Assembly: GCA_947463435.1 (NCBI GenBank)
Contig: CANHTS010000003.1
Coordinates: 1-41,401 of the forward strand
Direction of reading: 5' to 3'
DNA length: 41,401 bases
Origin: Flavobacteriales bacterium
GTDB taxonomy: Bacteria > Bacteroidota > Bacteroidia > NS11-12g > UBA955
Shown here: piece after piece, positions 9,488 through 19,455 of the stretch
How the letters are laid out: each line of letters starts with the position of its first letter
Position numbering within the stretch: position 1 is the first letter of the stretch
Notes under the pieces: generated by a model
What the model was told of the DNA's origin: nothing
The model's input: only the letters and a program-made list of their open reading frames with translations
The model's database searches: none
Made by a program: the position numbers and the translations under genes

Positions 9488-9495
9488 TACCTTTG
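9488..9495 (+). promoter_or_regulatory. Bacteroidota -7 promoter element (TACCTTTG) for the SRAP-CapA-GT4 unit
   Basis: TAnnTTTG 14 nt upstream of the ATG at 9510. Confidence 0.65.
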
Positions 9496-9509
9496 CCTTC
9501 GCTTCCGCC

Positions 9510-10226
9510 ATGTGTTACGCGTATGCCACCCATTTCGACCGCAATAAGCTGAAGCAGCGCTACGGGCTGGCCGATGTGCCATTGAGTGGTTACCATTTCT
9601 TCAACAGCGCCTTCAACCGTCCGCTCTTGCCGGTGATAACAGGGTTGCACCCGGCCAGCCTGCATTTGCTGAGCTGGGGACTTGTTCCGCATTGGGCACG
9701 CAACGCAGAGCAGGCCGATGAAATGGCGCGCCGCGGTTTCAACGCCCGCTCAGAAACCGTGGCCGAAAAGCCCATGTTCCGCGATGCTTTTCGAAAGGGA
9801 CGCTGCCTGGTTCCCGCTGCAGGTTTCTACGAATGGCGGACAGAAGGCAGTACCAAGTATCCCTTTTTCATTTATCCTGTTTCCGAAGATGGAATCTGCA
9901 GCCTGGCCGGTATTTGTACCCTGAAGACTGATTCCGAAACCGGCGAAGAACAAGGTTCCTTTTCCATCCTTACCGCTCCGGCCGATGCGTGCATGGCATG
10001 GATTCACAACAGCAAACTGCGCATGCCACTCATCCTGCGCAAGGAAGATGAAGCCGCCTGGCTGGATGGCAACGAAGCCGAAGCCAATGCCCTCATCCAA
10101 CGCGGTGCTTCAGACGCGTATGCAGCTTTTCCGGTCAGCAGGCTGGCTTCCTCAGCCCGCTCCAACCGCGACGTGGCCGAAGTATGCGCGCCATTTACGT
10201 ATCCTGAACTGAACCTTCCCTGGTGA
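9510..10226 (+). CDS. SOS response-associated peptidase (SRAP; YedK/HMCES family abasic-site protecting protein)
   Basis: N-terminal MC, plus WGLVPHW, FNARSET, RCLVPAAGFYEW and IH...RMPLIL. Confidence 0.95.
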   Translation: MCYAYATHFDRNKLKQRYGLADVPLSGYHFFNSAFNRPLLPVITGLHPASLHLLSWGLVPHWARNAEQADEMARRGFNARSETVAEKPMFRDAFRKGRCLVPAAGFYEWRTEGSTKYPFFIYPVSEDGICSLAGICTLKTDSETGEEQGSFSILTAPADACMAWIHNSKLRMPLILRKEDEAAWLDGNEAEANALIQRGASDAYAAFPVSRLASSARSNRDVAEVCAPFTYPELNLPW

Positions 10227-11569
10227 AACCGCTGCATCGTTTCAATCCGGTTATCTCGCTAACGCGAAAGGGGAAAATGCTCAATGCCCTCCTGCGTGCA
10301 TTTTACAGCCTTGTACGTGTATTCAAAGGGAAAGCATGGGAAAGACCTTTGCCCGCCTTTGAAGAAGACCCGCAAGGTTTCAGCTCCCGCGATATTCTCT
10401 ATTTTGGCTACAAGTATTACGGTTTTCCCCATTGGAAAGCGGAAAAGAATGAAACAGAAGCGGCACTCCGATGTCAACCGGCGCAAAAAGCTCCTAAAAA
10501 TCCCATGACCAACACCGCAGTCCTCAGCCTAGGCGGCGACCTGATGCCTTACAAGGTGCTGCGCGATGCCGATACCAGCCGGCTTTGGGATGAATTCAGG
10601 GATTTCTATTTCGGGGCTGATATCGTATTCGCTAACCTGGAAACCCCGTTGAATCTTTCCAAACCTGCTTCCTGGGTGCCGGAAGTGATGCTCAACGACA
10701 TGTATTTCAATGGCGACCGCGAACTGTGGGACATCTTCACCGATCGCGGGCGTGGGCGCTACGATGTGCTTTCCATTGCCAATAACCACATGCTCGATCA
10801 GGGGTATGATGGACTGGAAGCCACAGCTAATTTTCTGCATCAGGAAAAGGTTGCCTTTGCGGGCTGGAATAAGCGAGGCATATTTCAGGCAGAAAAACAA
10901 ATCGTGGAACGCAAGGGCATTCGATTCGGTTTCAGCGCCTGGACCTATTCTTTGAATCGCTGCAAGCCAGATTCGCAGCGCGCCGGAGAACTGAATTTCC
11001 TGCCCTTGAACCGCGCCGGTTTCGACTCCAGGCGCATTGTGCAGGAATGCAGGCAATTGCGTGAAAAGGGCGCCGAAGTCCTGGTTCTATCCCTCCATGC
11101 GGGCAATGCATATCAGGCTTTTCCGGGTGAAACGGTACGGGCTAACTTTCAGCGCTTGATGGAAGAAACGGGTGCCGATGTGATCGTGGGCACCCACCCG
11201 CACAATCCGCAGCCATGGGAATTCCATACCTGGAAACGCGCAGACGGTTCAATAGCGCGCGGATTGATTCTGTATTCATTGGGCGATTTCATTGCGTATG
11301 ATATTTTTAAATGGTGCCATTTGCCATTGATGCTGCGCCTGAGTTTTACACGGCAGGAATCGGGTGTTACCCTGACGGGTTTTGAGCCGCGTTTTGGCTT
11401 TATGCACCTAAGCAGGAATGGTTCACTTCGCTTACTTGATTTCGCTGCAGCAGCAGATAAAATTGACCCAAGAGTGGATAAAGCGGCCTGGAAGGAATGG
11501 CAGGAACTGCGGTATTTTTACAAACGGAATTTTTCTGGACTTTTACCTTTATCCTCATCTAACCATTGA
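10223..11569 (+). CDS. CapA/PgsA family metallophosphoesterase-fold protein
   Basis: Motifs GDLM, NLETP, ANNHMLDQG, LHAG, GTHPH and YSLGDF. The start is either GTG 10223 (overlapping the SRAP stop) or ATG 10277. Confidence 0.9.
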   Translation: MKPLHRFNPVISLTRKGKMLNALLRAFYSLVRVFKGKAWERPLPAFEEDPQGFSSRDILYFGYKYYGFPHWKAEKNETEAALRCQPAQKAPKNPMTNTAVLSLGGDLMPYKVLRDADTSRLWDEFRDFYFGADIVFANLETPLNLSKPASWVPEVMLNDMYFNGDRELWDIFTDRGRGRYDVLSIANNHMLDQGYDGLEATANFLHQEKVAFAGWNKRGIFQAEKQIVERKGIRFGFSAWTYSLNRCKPDSQRAGELNFLPLNRAGFDSRRIVQECRQLREKGAEVLVLSLHAGNAYQAFPGETVRANFQRLMEETGADVIVGTHPHNPQPWEFHTWKRADGSIARGLILYSLGDFIAYDIFKWCHLPLMLRLSFTRQESGVTLTGFEPRFGFMHLSRNGSLRLLDFAAAADKIDPRVDKAAWKEWQELRYFYKRNFSGLLPLSSSNH

Positions 11570-12726
11570 ATCCTTCACGTACCCGGGTTTGCCATCTCAG
11601 TAACCTGCACGTTGCCTTCGATACGCGGATTTATTTCCGTTTTTGCCGCAGCCTGGCCAAAGAATACGATGTGACATTGATTGCAGTGCATCCGTGCGAG
11701 GAAGTAGTGAAAGGCATTCACATCGTGCCGGTCAGGCGTTTAAAGAACCGATACTGGGAAATGGCAACCGCTTCGCTGCGGATGTTCCCCAAGGCTCTGC
11801 GTGCCCGTGCTGCTATTTATCAGATCCACGATCCGGAATTGATTCCTTGCGGATTGTGGCTCAGGCTGCTGGGAAAGAAGGTTGTTTTCGATGTGCACGA
11901 GAACTTCGCGGCAGACATCGCAGATAAGCCCTGGATCCGTCACAAGCGCTTGCTGTCAACTTTGTACACCTGGTGGGAAAAGCGCGCTGCTAAGCGCTTT
12001 GAACTCCTGTTGGCGGAAGATTCCTACGCACCGCATTTCAAGGACCTTGGCGCCAGCTATACTGTTGTGCTCAACTATCCGGATTTGCCCTTCTTCAGGC
12101 CGTTCCGCAAACTGGACGCCAGATCGGAAGAGCATCTCTTTTACATCGGTATTCTGCTCGAAACACGCGGTTTGTTTGAAATTGCTGAAGCCTTGTACAT
12201 CTTGAAAAAACAGGGAAGAATCTTCCAATTTCATTGTGTAGGCGAACTGTATTCCCGCCTGGAACAAGGGATGAACAAGCTGCCATTCTACAATCAGATC
12301 AGGGAGCAGATGCATTTTTATGGCCGCATGCGCCTCGACGAAGGCTACGCTTTATCGAAAGGAATGGGTATTGGCTTATGCATTATCCATCCGATGAAAA
12401 ACTCGGTCGAGAGCTACCCGACGAAAATGTTTGAATACATGAGCATTGGCTTGCCAGTCATAGCCTCCGATTTCCCTTTGTACAGGGAAGTGCTCGAAGC
12501 ACATGGCTGTGGACTTTGTGTAGACCCGCGAAACCCTGAAGCCTTGGCCTCTGCCATACTGACCATCGCTGACAATCCAACACTACAGGCCGAAATGGCT
12601 GAAAATGGCGTAAAAGCCGTGGAAGCACATTATTCCTGGGAGTCGCAGGAAAAACGCATGCATGAAGTTTACAACAAACTCATCAACGGCCAGAAGCCGG
12701 TATCAATGGCACCAGGAGGCGTCTGA
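11566..12726 (+). CDS. Glycosyltransferase family 4
   Basis: Motifs H...DTRIY, IHDPEL, FDVHE and PTKMFEYMSIGLPVIASDFP. The TTG start overlaps the upstream stop. Confidence 0.92.
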   Translation: MNPSRTRVCHLSNLHVAFDTRIYFRFCRSLAKEYDVTLIAVHPCEEVVKGIHIVPVRRLKNRYWEMATASLRMFPKALRARAAIYQIHDPELIPCGLWLRLLGKKVVFDVHENFAADIADKPWIRHKRLLSTLYTWWEKRAAKRFELLLAEDSYAPHFKDLGASYTVVLNYPDLPFFRPFRKLDARSEEHLFYIGILLETRGLFEIAEALYILKKQGRIFQFHCVGELYSRLEQGMNKLPFYNQIREQMHFYGRMRLDEGYALSKGMGIGLCIIHPMKNSVESYPTKMFEYMSIGLPVIASDFPLYREVLEAHGCGLCVDPRNPEALASAILTIADNPTLQAEMAENGVKAVEAHYSWESQEKRMHEVYNKLINGQKPVSMAPGGV

Positions 12727-13089
12727 AGCTACAGCGGCCCATTTCTGGTACTCTTCCAGCTCTTTGCCGTTCAGCTTCTTTTCCCATTCCATCAACTTAT
12801 TGATCATTTCACCGCGCTGGCGGAACAATTCCATATCCGGATTCATATCGTCCATCTTGCCGAGTTTACAAACGATTGTATTGTAAGCGTCCAGATCGCC
12901 TGCATAAGGAAGGCTAAGCGGAATTCCCAGACGGTTTTTGGCAACCGCCTGTTGCGGAGCCTGGGCTTCGGTGGCGGTTCCGCTGCTAACGCCGGTTCCG
13001 CCGGCATCGGTGCTTCCGTTGTTTTGCGCAGATTTACAGCCCTGAGAGCTCATCACGATGAAAACGAGGCCAAGTACAAGAAGTCTCAT
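12703..13089 (-). CDS. Small hypothetical lipoprotein
   Basis: Hydrophobic leader with SQGC lipobox, then a low-complexity linker and a helical C-terminus. It has its own -7 element at 13097-13104. Confidence 0.7.
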   Translation of the reverse strand: MRLLVLGLVFIVMSSQGCKSAQNNGSTDAGGTGVSSGTATEAQAPQQAVAKNRLGIPLSLPYAGDLDAYNTIVCKLGKMDDMNPDMELFRQRGEMINKLMEWEKKLNGKELEEYQKWAAVASDASWCH

Positions 13090-13096
13090 AGTTTGG

Positions 13097-13104
13097 CAAA
13101 GTTA
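13097..13104 (-). promoter_or_regulatory. Bacteroidota -7 promoter element (TAACTTTG)
   Basis: TAnnTTTG 7 nt upstream of the ATG at 13089. Confidence 0.6.
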
Positions 13105-13132
13105 AGTCATACAAGAATTACTTCGGAACCGA

Positions 13133-15949
13133 TTAATAACTCAGATACATGCTCTTGGTTTTGATCAGTTCGCGGAAAGCAGGGTCTTTCAAATCTTTGA
13201 CAAACACAATTTCCTCTCCCGTGCTCTTCATTTCCGGCCCGAGCTCGCGGCTCACTCCGGGGAACTTGTTGAAAGAGAAGACTGGCTTCTTGATCGCCCA
13301 GCCGGCTGGGCGGGGTGGCACGGTGAAGTCGCGCAGCTTATTCACCCCCAGCATAACACGGGTTGCCCAGTTTACATATGGCACGTCGTAAGCTTTACAA
13401 ATAAAGGGAACCGTTCGGCTGGCCCGCGGATTGGCTTCGATAACGTACACTTTTTCGTCTTTGATGGCAAACTGGATATTGAGTAAACCTATCACCTGAA
13501 GGGCGCGCGCAAGTTTTTCAGTGTATGCTTCCATCTGGGAGATTACCGATTCGCTCAATCCGAAAGGCGGCAAAACAGCGCTGCTGTCTCCGCTATGGAT
13601 ACCTGCAGGTTCGATATGCTCCATCAAACCGAGAATATGAACGTCTTCGCCGTCGCAAATGCAATCGCTTTCTGCCTCTTCAGCCCGATCAAGGAAATGA
13701 TCAATCAGCACCCGGTTGCCAGGCAAGTCGCCGAGCAGTTTTACTACCGCGCGTTCCAGGTCTTCGTCGTTGATTACGATCACCATACCCTGCCCGCCCA
13801 GCACATAACTTGGCCGAACCAGAACCGGATATCCGACCTGATTGGCAATTTGTATTGCTTCATCAGCATCGAGGGCTACACCGTATTTAGGGTAGGGAAT
13901 TCCCAGTTCTGCAAGCAGGTCGCTAAAACGACCACGGTCTTCGGCTATGTCCATGTTATCATACGATGTGCCGATGATAGGAATTCCATGCTCTTGTAGC
14001 TTCTCCGCCAGTTTCAGCGCCGTCTGACCACCGAGCTGAACGATCACGCCTTCGGGTTTTTCGTAGGCGATGAGTTCGCGCAAATGTTCCCAGTAAACCG
14101 GTTCGAAATAGAGCTTATCGGCCATGTCGAAATCGGTACTCACTGTTTCGGGATTGCAGTTGACCATGATGGCTTCAAAACCCGCTTCGCGCGCTGCAAG
14201 TATGCCGTGCACGCAGCTGTAGTCGAATTCAATGCCCTGGCCGATGCGGTTCGGGCCGCTGCCCAAAACAATGACCTTGCGGCGATCGCTGAATAAGCTT
14301 TCGTTTTCTCCGTCGAAAGTGCTGTAAAAATAATTGGTTGGGCTGGGGAATTCGGCGCTGCAGGTATCCACCATTTTATATACGCGGCGGATATCGAGTT
14401 GCATGCGCTTGTTGAACACATCGTCTTCCGTGCAATTCCCCATCAGCCAGGCAATCTGATGGTCACTGAAGCCCTTTTCTTTGGCAATGCGGAGCAAAGC
14501 GGCAGGTATGTTATCTACATTGAACCGGCGTATTTCTGTTTCCGTTTTTACCAGGTCGTGGATTTGTTCAAGAAACCAGCGGTCAATGCGGGTGATTTTA
14601 TGGATGGAAGTGAGCGGAACACCCATAGAAACTGCGTCTTTGAGTTTAAAGAGGCGATCCCAGCTGGCGTATTCCAGCGCGTGCAACAAATCATCAAGGT
14701 TGCGACTCGATTTGCCGTCGGCGCCGAGCCCGTGGCGTCCAATTTCCAGGCTCTGGCAAGCTTTCTGCAAGGCCTCCTGGAAGCTGCGGCCGATGGCCAT
14801 CACCTCGCCCACACTCTTCATCTGGAAGCCCAAACGTCGGTCCGCACCGTGGAATTTATCAAAGTTCCAACGTGGTATTTTTACGATTACATAATCGATG
14901 GCCGGTTCGAAAAACGCACTTGTTGTTTTCGTTACCGGATTCTTCAGTTCGTCAAGATAATAGCCTATGGCCAGCTTGGCTGCGATTTTGGCGATCGGAT
15001 AACCTGTGGCCTTCGATGCCAGCGCTGAACTGCGGCTAACCCGCGGATTGATTTCCACGGCGATGATTTCTTCCGTGTCCGGGTTCACGCTGAACTGCAC
15101 GTTACAGCCTCCGGCGAAGACGCCCATGCTGCGCATCATGCAGAAGGCCATGTCGCGCATTTCCTGAAAGGTAACATCGCTCAGGGTCATGGCCGGCGCA
15201 ACTGTAATGCTGTCGCCCGTATGGATGCCCATGGGGTCAAAGTTTTCAATCGTACAGATTACGGCGATATCGTCTTTGCCGTCGCGCAGCAGTTCGAGCT
15301 CGTACTCCTTCCAACCCAAGACAGCCTGCTCAACCAACACTTCGTGAACCGGGCTTGCTTCGAGGCCGCGTTGTAAAGCCGCGTCGAATTCCTCCTTCTT
15401 ATACACGATAGAACCGCCTGTGCCGCCCAGGGTATAACTGGGTCGAATCACCAGTGGGAAGCCGATGCGTTGTGCGATTTCTTTGCCCTCCAGAAAACTG
15501 TTGGCAATCTGGCTCTTGGCCACACCCACATGGAGTTCCATCATCAGCTGACGGAATTTCTCGCGGTCTTCCATGCGGTCGATCGCCTCAATATTTACAC
15601 CAATAATCCGGCAGCCGTATTTCTCCCAGATTCCCAATTCATCGCATTCCTTCGCCAGGTTCAGCGCGGTTTGTCCACCCATGGTTGGCAGCACCGCATC
15701 GATTTTCCTTTCCTGAAGGATTTTTTCGATGCTTTCGGGCGTTAAGGGCCACAAGTAGACATGATCAGCATTCAGCTTATCGGTCATGATGGTGGCCGGG
15801 TTGCTGTTGATCAGGCTGACTTCGATACCTTCCTCCCGGAGAGATCGCGCAGCCTGGCTGCCTGAATAGTCGAATTCACAGGCCTGACCGATGATAATCG
15901 GGCCGGAACCAATGATGAGTACGCTGTGGATTTCGGGGTCTTTTGGCAT
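13133..15949 (-). CDS. carB: Carbamoyl-phosphate synthase large subunit
   Basis: IGSGPIIIGQACEFDYSG, two ATP-grasp modules (RPSYTLGG and RPSYVLGG), NPRVSRSSALASKATG and LGPEMKSTGE. Confidence 0.98.
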   Translation of the reverse strand: MPKDPEIHSVLIIGSGPIIIGQACEFDYSGSQAARSLREEGIEVSLINSNPATIMTDKLNADHVYLWPLTPESIEKILQERKIDAVLPTMGGQTALNLAKECDELGIWEKYGCRIIGVNIEAIDRMEDREKFRQLMMELHVGVAKSQIANSFLEGKEIAQRIGFPLVIRPSYTLGGTGGSIVYKKEEFDAALQRGLEASPVHEVLVEQAVLGWKEYELELLRDGKDDIAVICTIENFDPMGIHTGDSITVAPAMTLSDVTFQEMRDMAFCMMRSMGVFAGGCNVQFSVNPDTEEIIAVEINPRVSRSSALASKATGYPIAKIAAKLAIGYYLDELKNPVTKTTSAFFEPAIDYVIVKIPRWNFDKFHGADRRLGFQMKSVGEVMAIGRSFQEALQKACQSLEIGRHGLGADGKSSRNLDDLLHALEYASWDRLFKLKDAVSMGVPLTSIHKITRIDRWFLEQIHDLVKTETEIRRFNVDNIPAALLRIAKEKGFSDHQIAWLMGNCTEDDVFNKRMQLDIRRVYKMVDTCSAEFPSPTNYFYSTFDGENESLFSDRRKVIVLGSGPNRIGQGIEFDYSCVHGILAAREAGFEAIMVNCNPETVSTDFDMADKLYFEPVYWEHLRELIAYEKPEGVIVQLGGQTALKLAEKLQEHGIPIIGTSYDNMDIAEDRGRFSDLLAELGIPYPKYGVALDADEAIQIANQVGYPVLVRPSYVLGGQGMVIVINDEDLERAVVKLLGDLPGNRVLIDHFLDRAEEAESDCICDGEDVHILGLMEHIEPAGIHSGDSSAVLPPFGLSESVISQMEAYTEKLARALQVIGLLNIQFAIKDEKVYVIEANPRASRTVPFICKAYDVPYVNWATRVMLGVNKLRDFTVPPRPAGWAIKKPVFSFNKFPGVSRELGPEMKSTGEEIVFVKDLKDPAFRELIKTKSMYLSY

Positions 15950-15962
15950 CGATTAAATTGCG

Positions 15963-15970
15963 CAAAGTTA
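15963..15970 (-). promoter_or_regulatory. Bacteroidota -7 promoter element (TAACTTTG) for carB
   Basis: TAnnTTTG 13 nt upstream of the ATG. Confidence 0.65.
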
Positions 15971-16046
15971 GCACAATTGGACGCTCCGGGGCTGAAAAAT
16001 CCCCTGAAACCGCGACTGCTGCGCAAGGGTGTGGAAAGCTGCTCTT

Positions 16047-16054
16047 TATCTTTG
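16047..16054 (+). promoter_or_regulatory. Bacteroidota -7 promoter element (TATCTTTG) for the methyltransferase
   Basis: TAnnTTTG 9 nt upstream of the ATG at 16064. Confidence 0.65.
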
Positions 16055-16063
16055 AAGCCCGCC

Positions 16064-16867
16064 ATGTACGAATTTCACGGAGACAAAAAGCGATACTTCG
16101 ATATGACCTGCGCTGTCACGCGTGATCATATCATTCCATTCCTGCGCGAGCGTTTTCCTTTCCCTGAAGGGATGGAAGTGCTGGAAATCGGTTGCGGAGA
16201 AGCCGGCGTGCTCAAGGCGTTCACCGACTTGGGATACACCTGCACCGGTATTGAACTGGAAGACGCCCGTCTCGACCATGCAAGGGCTTTTATGCCAGAA
16301 GAAATGGCGGCAGGGAAAGTTCGTTTCGTTCATGGCGACATCTACGATATTGAGCCTGAACGCGATCTCGGTAAACGTTTCGACCTCATCATACTGAAAG
16401 ATGTTATTGAGCATATACCTGACCAGTCGCGTTTCATGCCACAATTGCACCGCTACCTTAAACCGGGAGGCGCAGTTTTCTTTGCTTTTCCTCCCTGGAT
16501 GATGCCTTATGGCGGCCATCAGCAGGTTTTGCCCGGCAAATGGGCGAGCAAACTGCCATGGTATCACCTCTTGCCGGGTTCTTTGTATCCGGCGGCACTG
16601 AAAGCCTTGGGCGTGAACGCTTCGGGCATTGCAACCATGGAGGAAATTCGCTCCACTGGCATCAGCATTGAACGTTTTTTGCGCATCGGAAAACAAGCCG
16701 GTTTCCGCGTGAAGCACCGGCGCGATTACCTTTTCAATCCGATTTACGAGCATAAATTCGGGCTGCGGCCAAGGCGTTTACCGGTATTTCTCGGGGCCAT
16801 TCCCTGGTTGAGAAATTTTTACACGATGGGCGTTTATTTCCTCATGGAAGCGTCTGAAAGGCAATAA
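16064..16867 (+). CDS. Class I SAM-dependent methyltransferase
   Basis: Motifs VLEIGCGEAG, FDLIILKDVIEHI, LKPGG and FPPW..PYGGHQQ. Start placed at MYEFHG. Confidence 0.9.
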   Translation: MYEFHGDKKRYFDMTCAVTRDHIIPFLRERFPFPEGMEVLEIGCGEAGVLKAFTDLGYTCTGIELEDARLDHARAFMPEEMAAGKVRFVHGDIYDIEPERDLGKRFDLIILKDVIEHIPDQSRFMPQLHRYLKPGGAVFFAFPPWMMPYGGHQQVLPGKWASKLPWYHLLPGSLYPAALKALGVNASGIATMEEIRSTGISIERFLRIGKQAGFRVKHRRDYLFNPIYEHKFGLRPRRLPVFLGAIPWLRNFYTMGVYFLMEASERQ

Positions 16868-16933
16868 GCACAAGCTGTCACCGTTTTTTTACCGGTGGAA
16901 AAGATTTCGGGACTTATATTCGCAGATTCAGGC

Positions 16934-17860
16934 ATGAAACGAATAGTAATCGGAGCAATCGCCATTGCGGCGGTCAGTGTGGCCACAGAAGCCATGGCCC
17001 AATCGCCCAAAGTGCGCCGCGGTAAGCCGCTGCACGTGGGGCTGATGCTGGGGGCTTCCAATTATCAGGGAGATCTTACCACTTCGGTGGCCTGGAACGA
17101 AACCAAGCCGGCCGGTGGGCTGATTTGCCGCTACGACCTGAACTACATGTTCACCCTGCGGGGCAGCGCATTGTTCGGAACCATCAGCGGTTCAGACAAG
17201 AATTACGACAACGATCCGGGCCGTGCACGCCGCAACCTGAGCTTCCGTTCCAATGTGGTTGAGTTCAGCGGTCAGCTGGAATGGAATCTTTTCGGTTACG
17301 AATCCGATCCCAATACCCGCGCCCGCTCCCCTTACCTGTTTGCGGGTGTTGGTGTTTACAAATTCAACCCTAAGGCTTATTTCGAATACGATCCGGCAAT
17401 TTTCTCGCAGGGCCCCAATCCGATTGATCCCAATGGAGAATTAGCCAAGTACGACGGTAAATGGGTAGAACTCCAGCCGCTCGGAACCGAAGGCCAGGAG
17501 ACAACGAAATACAATGACAAACGCCGGTATGGACTGACCCAGGTTTCGATTCCTATCGGATTCGGATTCAAAACACAGCTCAATGAAGATTGGGCACTCG
17601 GCATTGAAGCCGGCGTTCGCAAAACTTTTACCGATTATCTCGACGATGTGAGTTCCATTTATGTGGACGACCAGATTGTAGGTGGTGCGTATGGTTACCT
17701 CGCGGTAGCCATGAAAGATCGCGCACGCGAAGTGGGGCAAGAGTCATTTGCCAACGATAACCCGCGTGGCAACAGCAACAACAAAGACTGGTACATGTTC
17801 CTCGGCTTTACCCTCACCCGTCCGATCGTAGGGGGCAAAACCACCTGTTTCCAGTTCTGA
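16934..17860 (+). CDS. DUF6089-family outer-membrane beta-barrel protein (PorG-like), paralogue 1
   Basis: Signal peptide, plus GASNYQGDL, RNLSFRS, LQPLGTEGQ, RKTFTDYLDDVS and RGN..NKDWY. Confidence 0.85.
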   Translation: MKRIVIGAIAIAAVSVATEAMAQSPKVRRGKPLHVGLMLGASNYQGDLTTSVAWNETKPAGGLICRYDLNYMFTLRGSALFGTISGSDKNYDNDPGRARRNLSFRSNVVEFSGQLEWNLFGYESDPNTRARSPYLFAGVGVYKFNPKAYFEYDPAIFSQGPNPIDPNGELAKYDGKWVELQPLGTEGQETTKYNDKRRYGLTQVSIPIGFGFKTQLNEDWALGIEAGVRKTFTDYLDDVSSIYVDDQIVGGAYGYLAVAMKDRAREVGQESFANDNPRGNSNNKDWYMFLGFTLTRPIVGGKTTCFQF

Positions 17861-17865
17861 ACCGT

Positions 17866-18669
17866 TTGAGATGCTTGCTTTTGTTAGTTGCCGCAAGTTG
17901 CGGCCTGTCCGTAAATCTTACGGCCCAACGCTTTTTTAACGGAAAGCGGGAAGTAGGCGCATTTTTTGGTGTCTCCAATTATCATGGCGATCTGGCGCCA
18001 AGCCTTGTGGTGTCAGATTTCAGACCTGCTATAGGCGCACTGTTCCGGTATAATTTCAATCCGTATGTCACGTATCGTGTGCAAGGATCCTTTGCTGAAA
18101 TACGCGGCAGCGATGCCAATTATTTGCCACAACGCCCCAGGAACCTGGAATTCAGAAGTGTGATCATTGAAGCAGCCAATACGATGGAATTCAATTTCCA
18201 CCGTTTTGGCACCAATGTCCTCGATCAGGATTTTTCCCCGTTTCTCACCATCGGTTTAAACCTCTTCTACTTCGATCCGATTGGCCGTTTTGGAGACAAT
18301 GAGCACCAGTTGCGACGGCACCATACGGAAGGTCAGAAACGGGCATACAGTCCACTGCAGCTTGCTGTGCCCATTGGCATTGGCATCAAACAGAACCTTT
18401 CCAGGAATTGGGTTTTGGGTGTTGAAGGAGTTTGGCGTAAAACGTTTACCGATTATTTGGACGATGTGAGCGGATTTTATCCTGATTACAAGGCGCATGC
18501 AGACAAGTACGGCAGCCTTTCTGCCGACCTCAGCCACAGGCAAACACTCAATGGTGACAAGCCTTTCAAGGCCGGAACGCAACGTGGCGACAAGCACTTG
18601 CGCGATTGGTACTTTTTTCTGGGCATGACCCTTACCTATCGCTTTACGCCCGTAATTTGCAGGGGTTAA
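17866..18669 (+). CDS. DUF6089-family outer-membrane beta-barrel protein (PorG-like), paralogue 2
   Basis: Motifs GVSNYHGDL, RNLEFRS, TEGQ, RKTFTDYLDDVS and RGD...DWY. TTG start. It lies directly upstream of uppS, the position PorG occupies in other Bacteroidota. Confidence 0.85.
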   Translation: MRCLLLLVAASCGLSVNLTAQRFFNGKREVGAFFGVSNYHGDLAPSLVVSDFRPAIGALFRYNFNPYVTYRVQGSFAEIRGSDANYLPQRPRNLEFRSVIIEAANTMEFNFHRFGTNVLDQDFSPFLTIGLNLFYFDPIGRFGDNEHQLRRHHTEGQKRAYSPLQLAVPIGIGIKQNLSRNWVLGVEGVWRKTFTDYLDDVSGFYPDYKAHADKYGSLSADLSHRQTLNGDKPFKAGTQRGDKHLRDWYFFLGMTLTYRFTPVICRG

Positions 18670-19421
18670 TGTCTGAGAGTGCGCTGAAAGAAAAAATTGA
18701 TCCGGCACGGCTGCCCAGCCATGTCGCCATCATCATGGACGGCAATGGGCGTTGGGCCATGCAAAAAGGACATTTGCGGATGCTTGGCCACCAATACGGT
18801 GTGCAGGCCGTAAGGAATGTAACGGAAGCAGCGGCAGAGCTGGGCGTGAAATATGTTACCCTTTACGCCTTTTCGACCGAAAACTGGCGCCGGCCGCAAG
18901 AAGAAATCAATGCCTTGATGGCATTGTTGGTTGATACAATCCAAAGCGAAACCGATACGCTGATGAAGAACGGGATTCGCCTGGAAGCCATTGGAAACCT
19001 TGCGCAATTGCCTACGGCTTGTAACAAACAGTTACAGGAAACCGTCGAAGTTACTAAAGATAACGACCGCATGACCCTGATCCTGGCGCTGAGTTATTCC
19101 GGCCGCTGGGATATCATCGAAGCCACACGCAAAATTGCCAGGCAGGTGAAGGAAGGGCTCCTGCAGCCGGATGAAATAGACGAAAACGTGCTCAACTCTG
19201 CGCTGAATACATCCAGATACCCAAACCCTGAACTGCTCATCCGCACCAGCGGAGAACAGCGTATCAGCAATTTTCTACTCTGGGAAATTGCGTATGCCGA
19301 AATGCATTTCACACCGGTTCTCTGGCCGGATTTCAGCAAAGATGATTTTTACCAGGCCATACTCGATTTCCAACAACGCGACCGCCGATTTGGACTTACG
19401 GCCGAACAATTGCACTCCTGA
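18669..19421 (+). CDS. uppS: Isoprenyl transferase (undecaprenyl diphosphate synthase)
   Basis: Motifs HVAIIMDGNGRWA, YAFSTENWRRP and LIRTSGEQRISNFLLW. The ATG overlaps the upstream stop (TAATG). Confidence 0.97.
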   Translation: MSESALKEKIDPARLPSHVAIIMDGNGRWAMQKGHLRMLGHQYGVQAVRNVTEAAAELGVKYVTLYAFSTENWRRPQEEINALMALLVDTIQSETDTLMKNGIRLEAIGNLAQLPTACNKQLQETVEVTKDNDRMTLILALSYSGRWDIIEATRKIARQVKEGLLQPDEIDENVLNSALNTSRYPNPELLIRTSGEQRISNFLLWEIAYAEMHFTPVLWPDFSKDDFYQAILDFQQRDRRFGLTAEQLHS

Positions 19422-19455
19422 TACCTTGCCCTTCCTCACCGTTCCATACAGCTCC

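Noticed and set aside
10223-12726. Capsule or poly-gamma-glutamate biosynthesis locus
   Set aside because: Only a CapA-family gene and one GT4 are present, with no capB/capC, flippase or polymerase.
12703-12726. Convergent 3' overlaps (GT4/lipoprotein 24 bp; der/GNAT 16 bp at 37756-37771) as antisense regulation
   Set aside because: Short convergent overlaps are common in compact genomes, and there is no further evidence.
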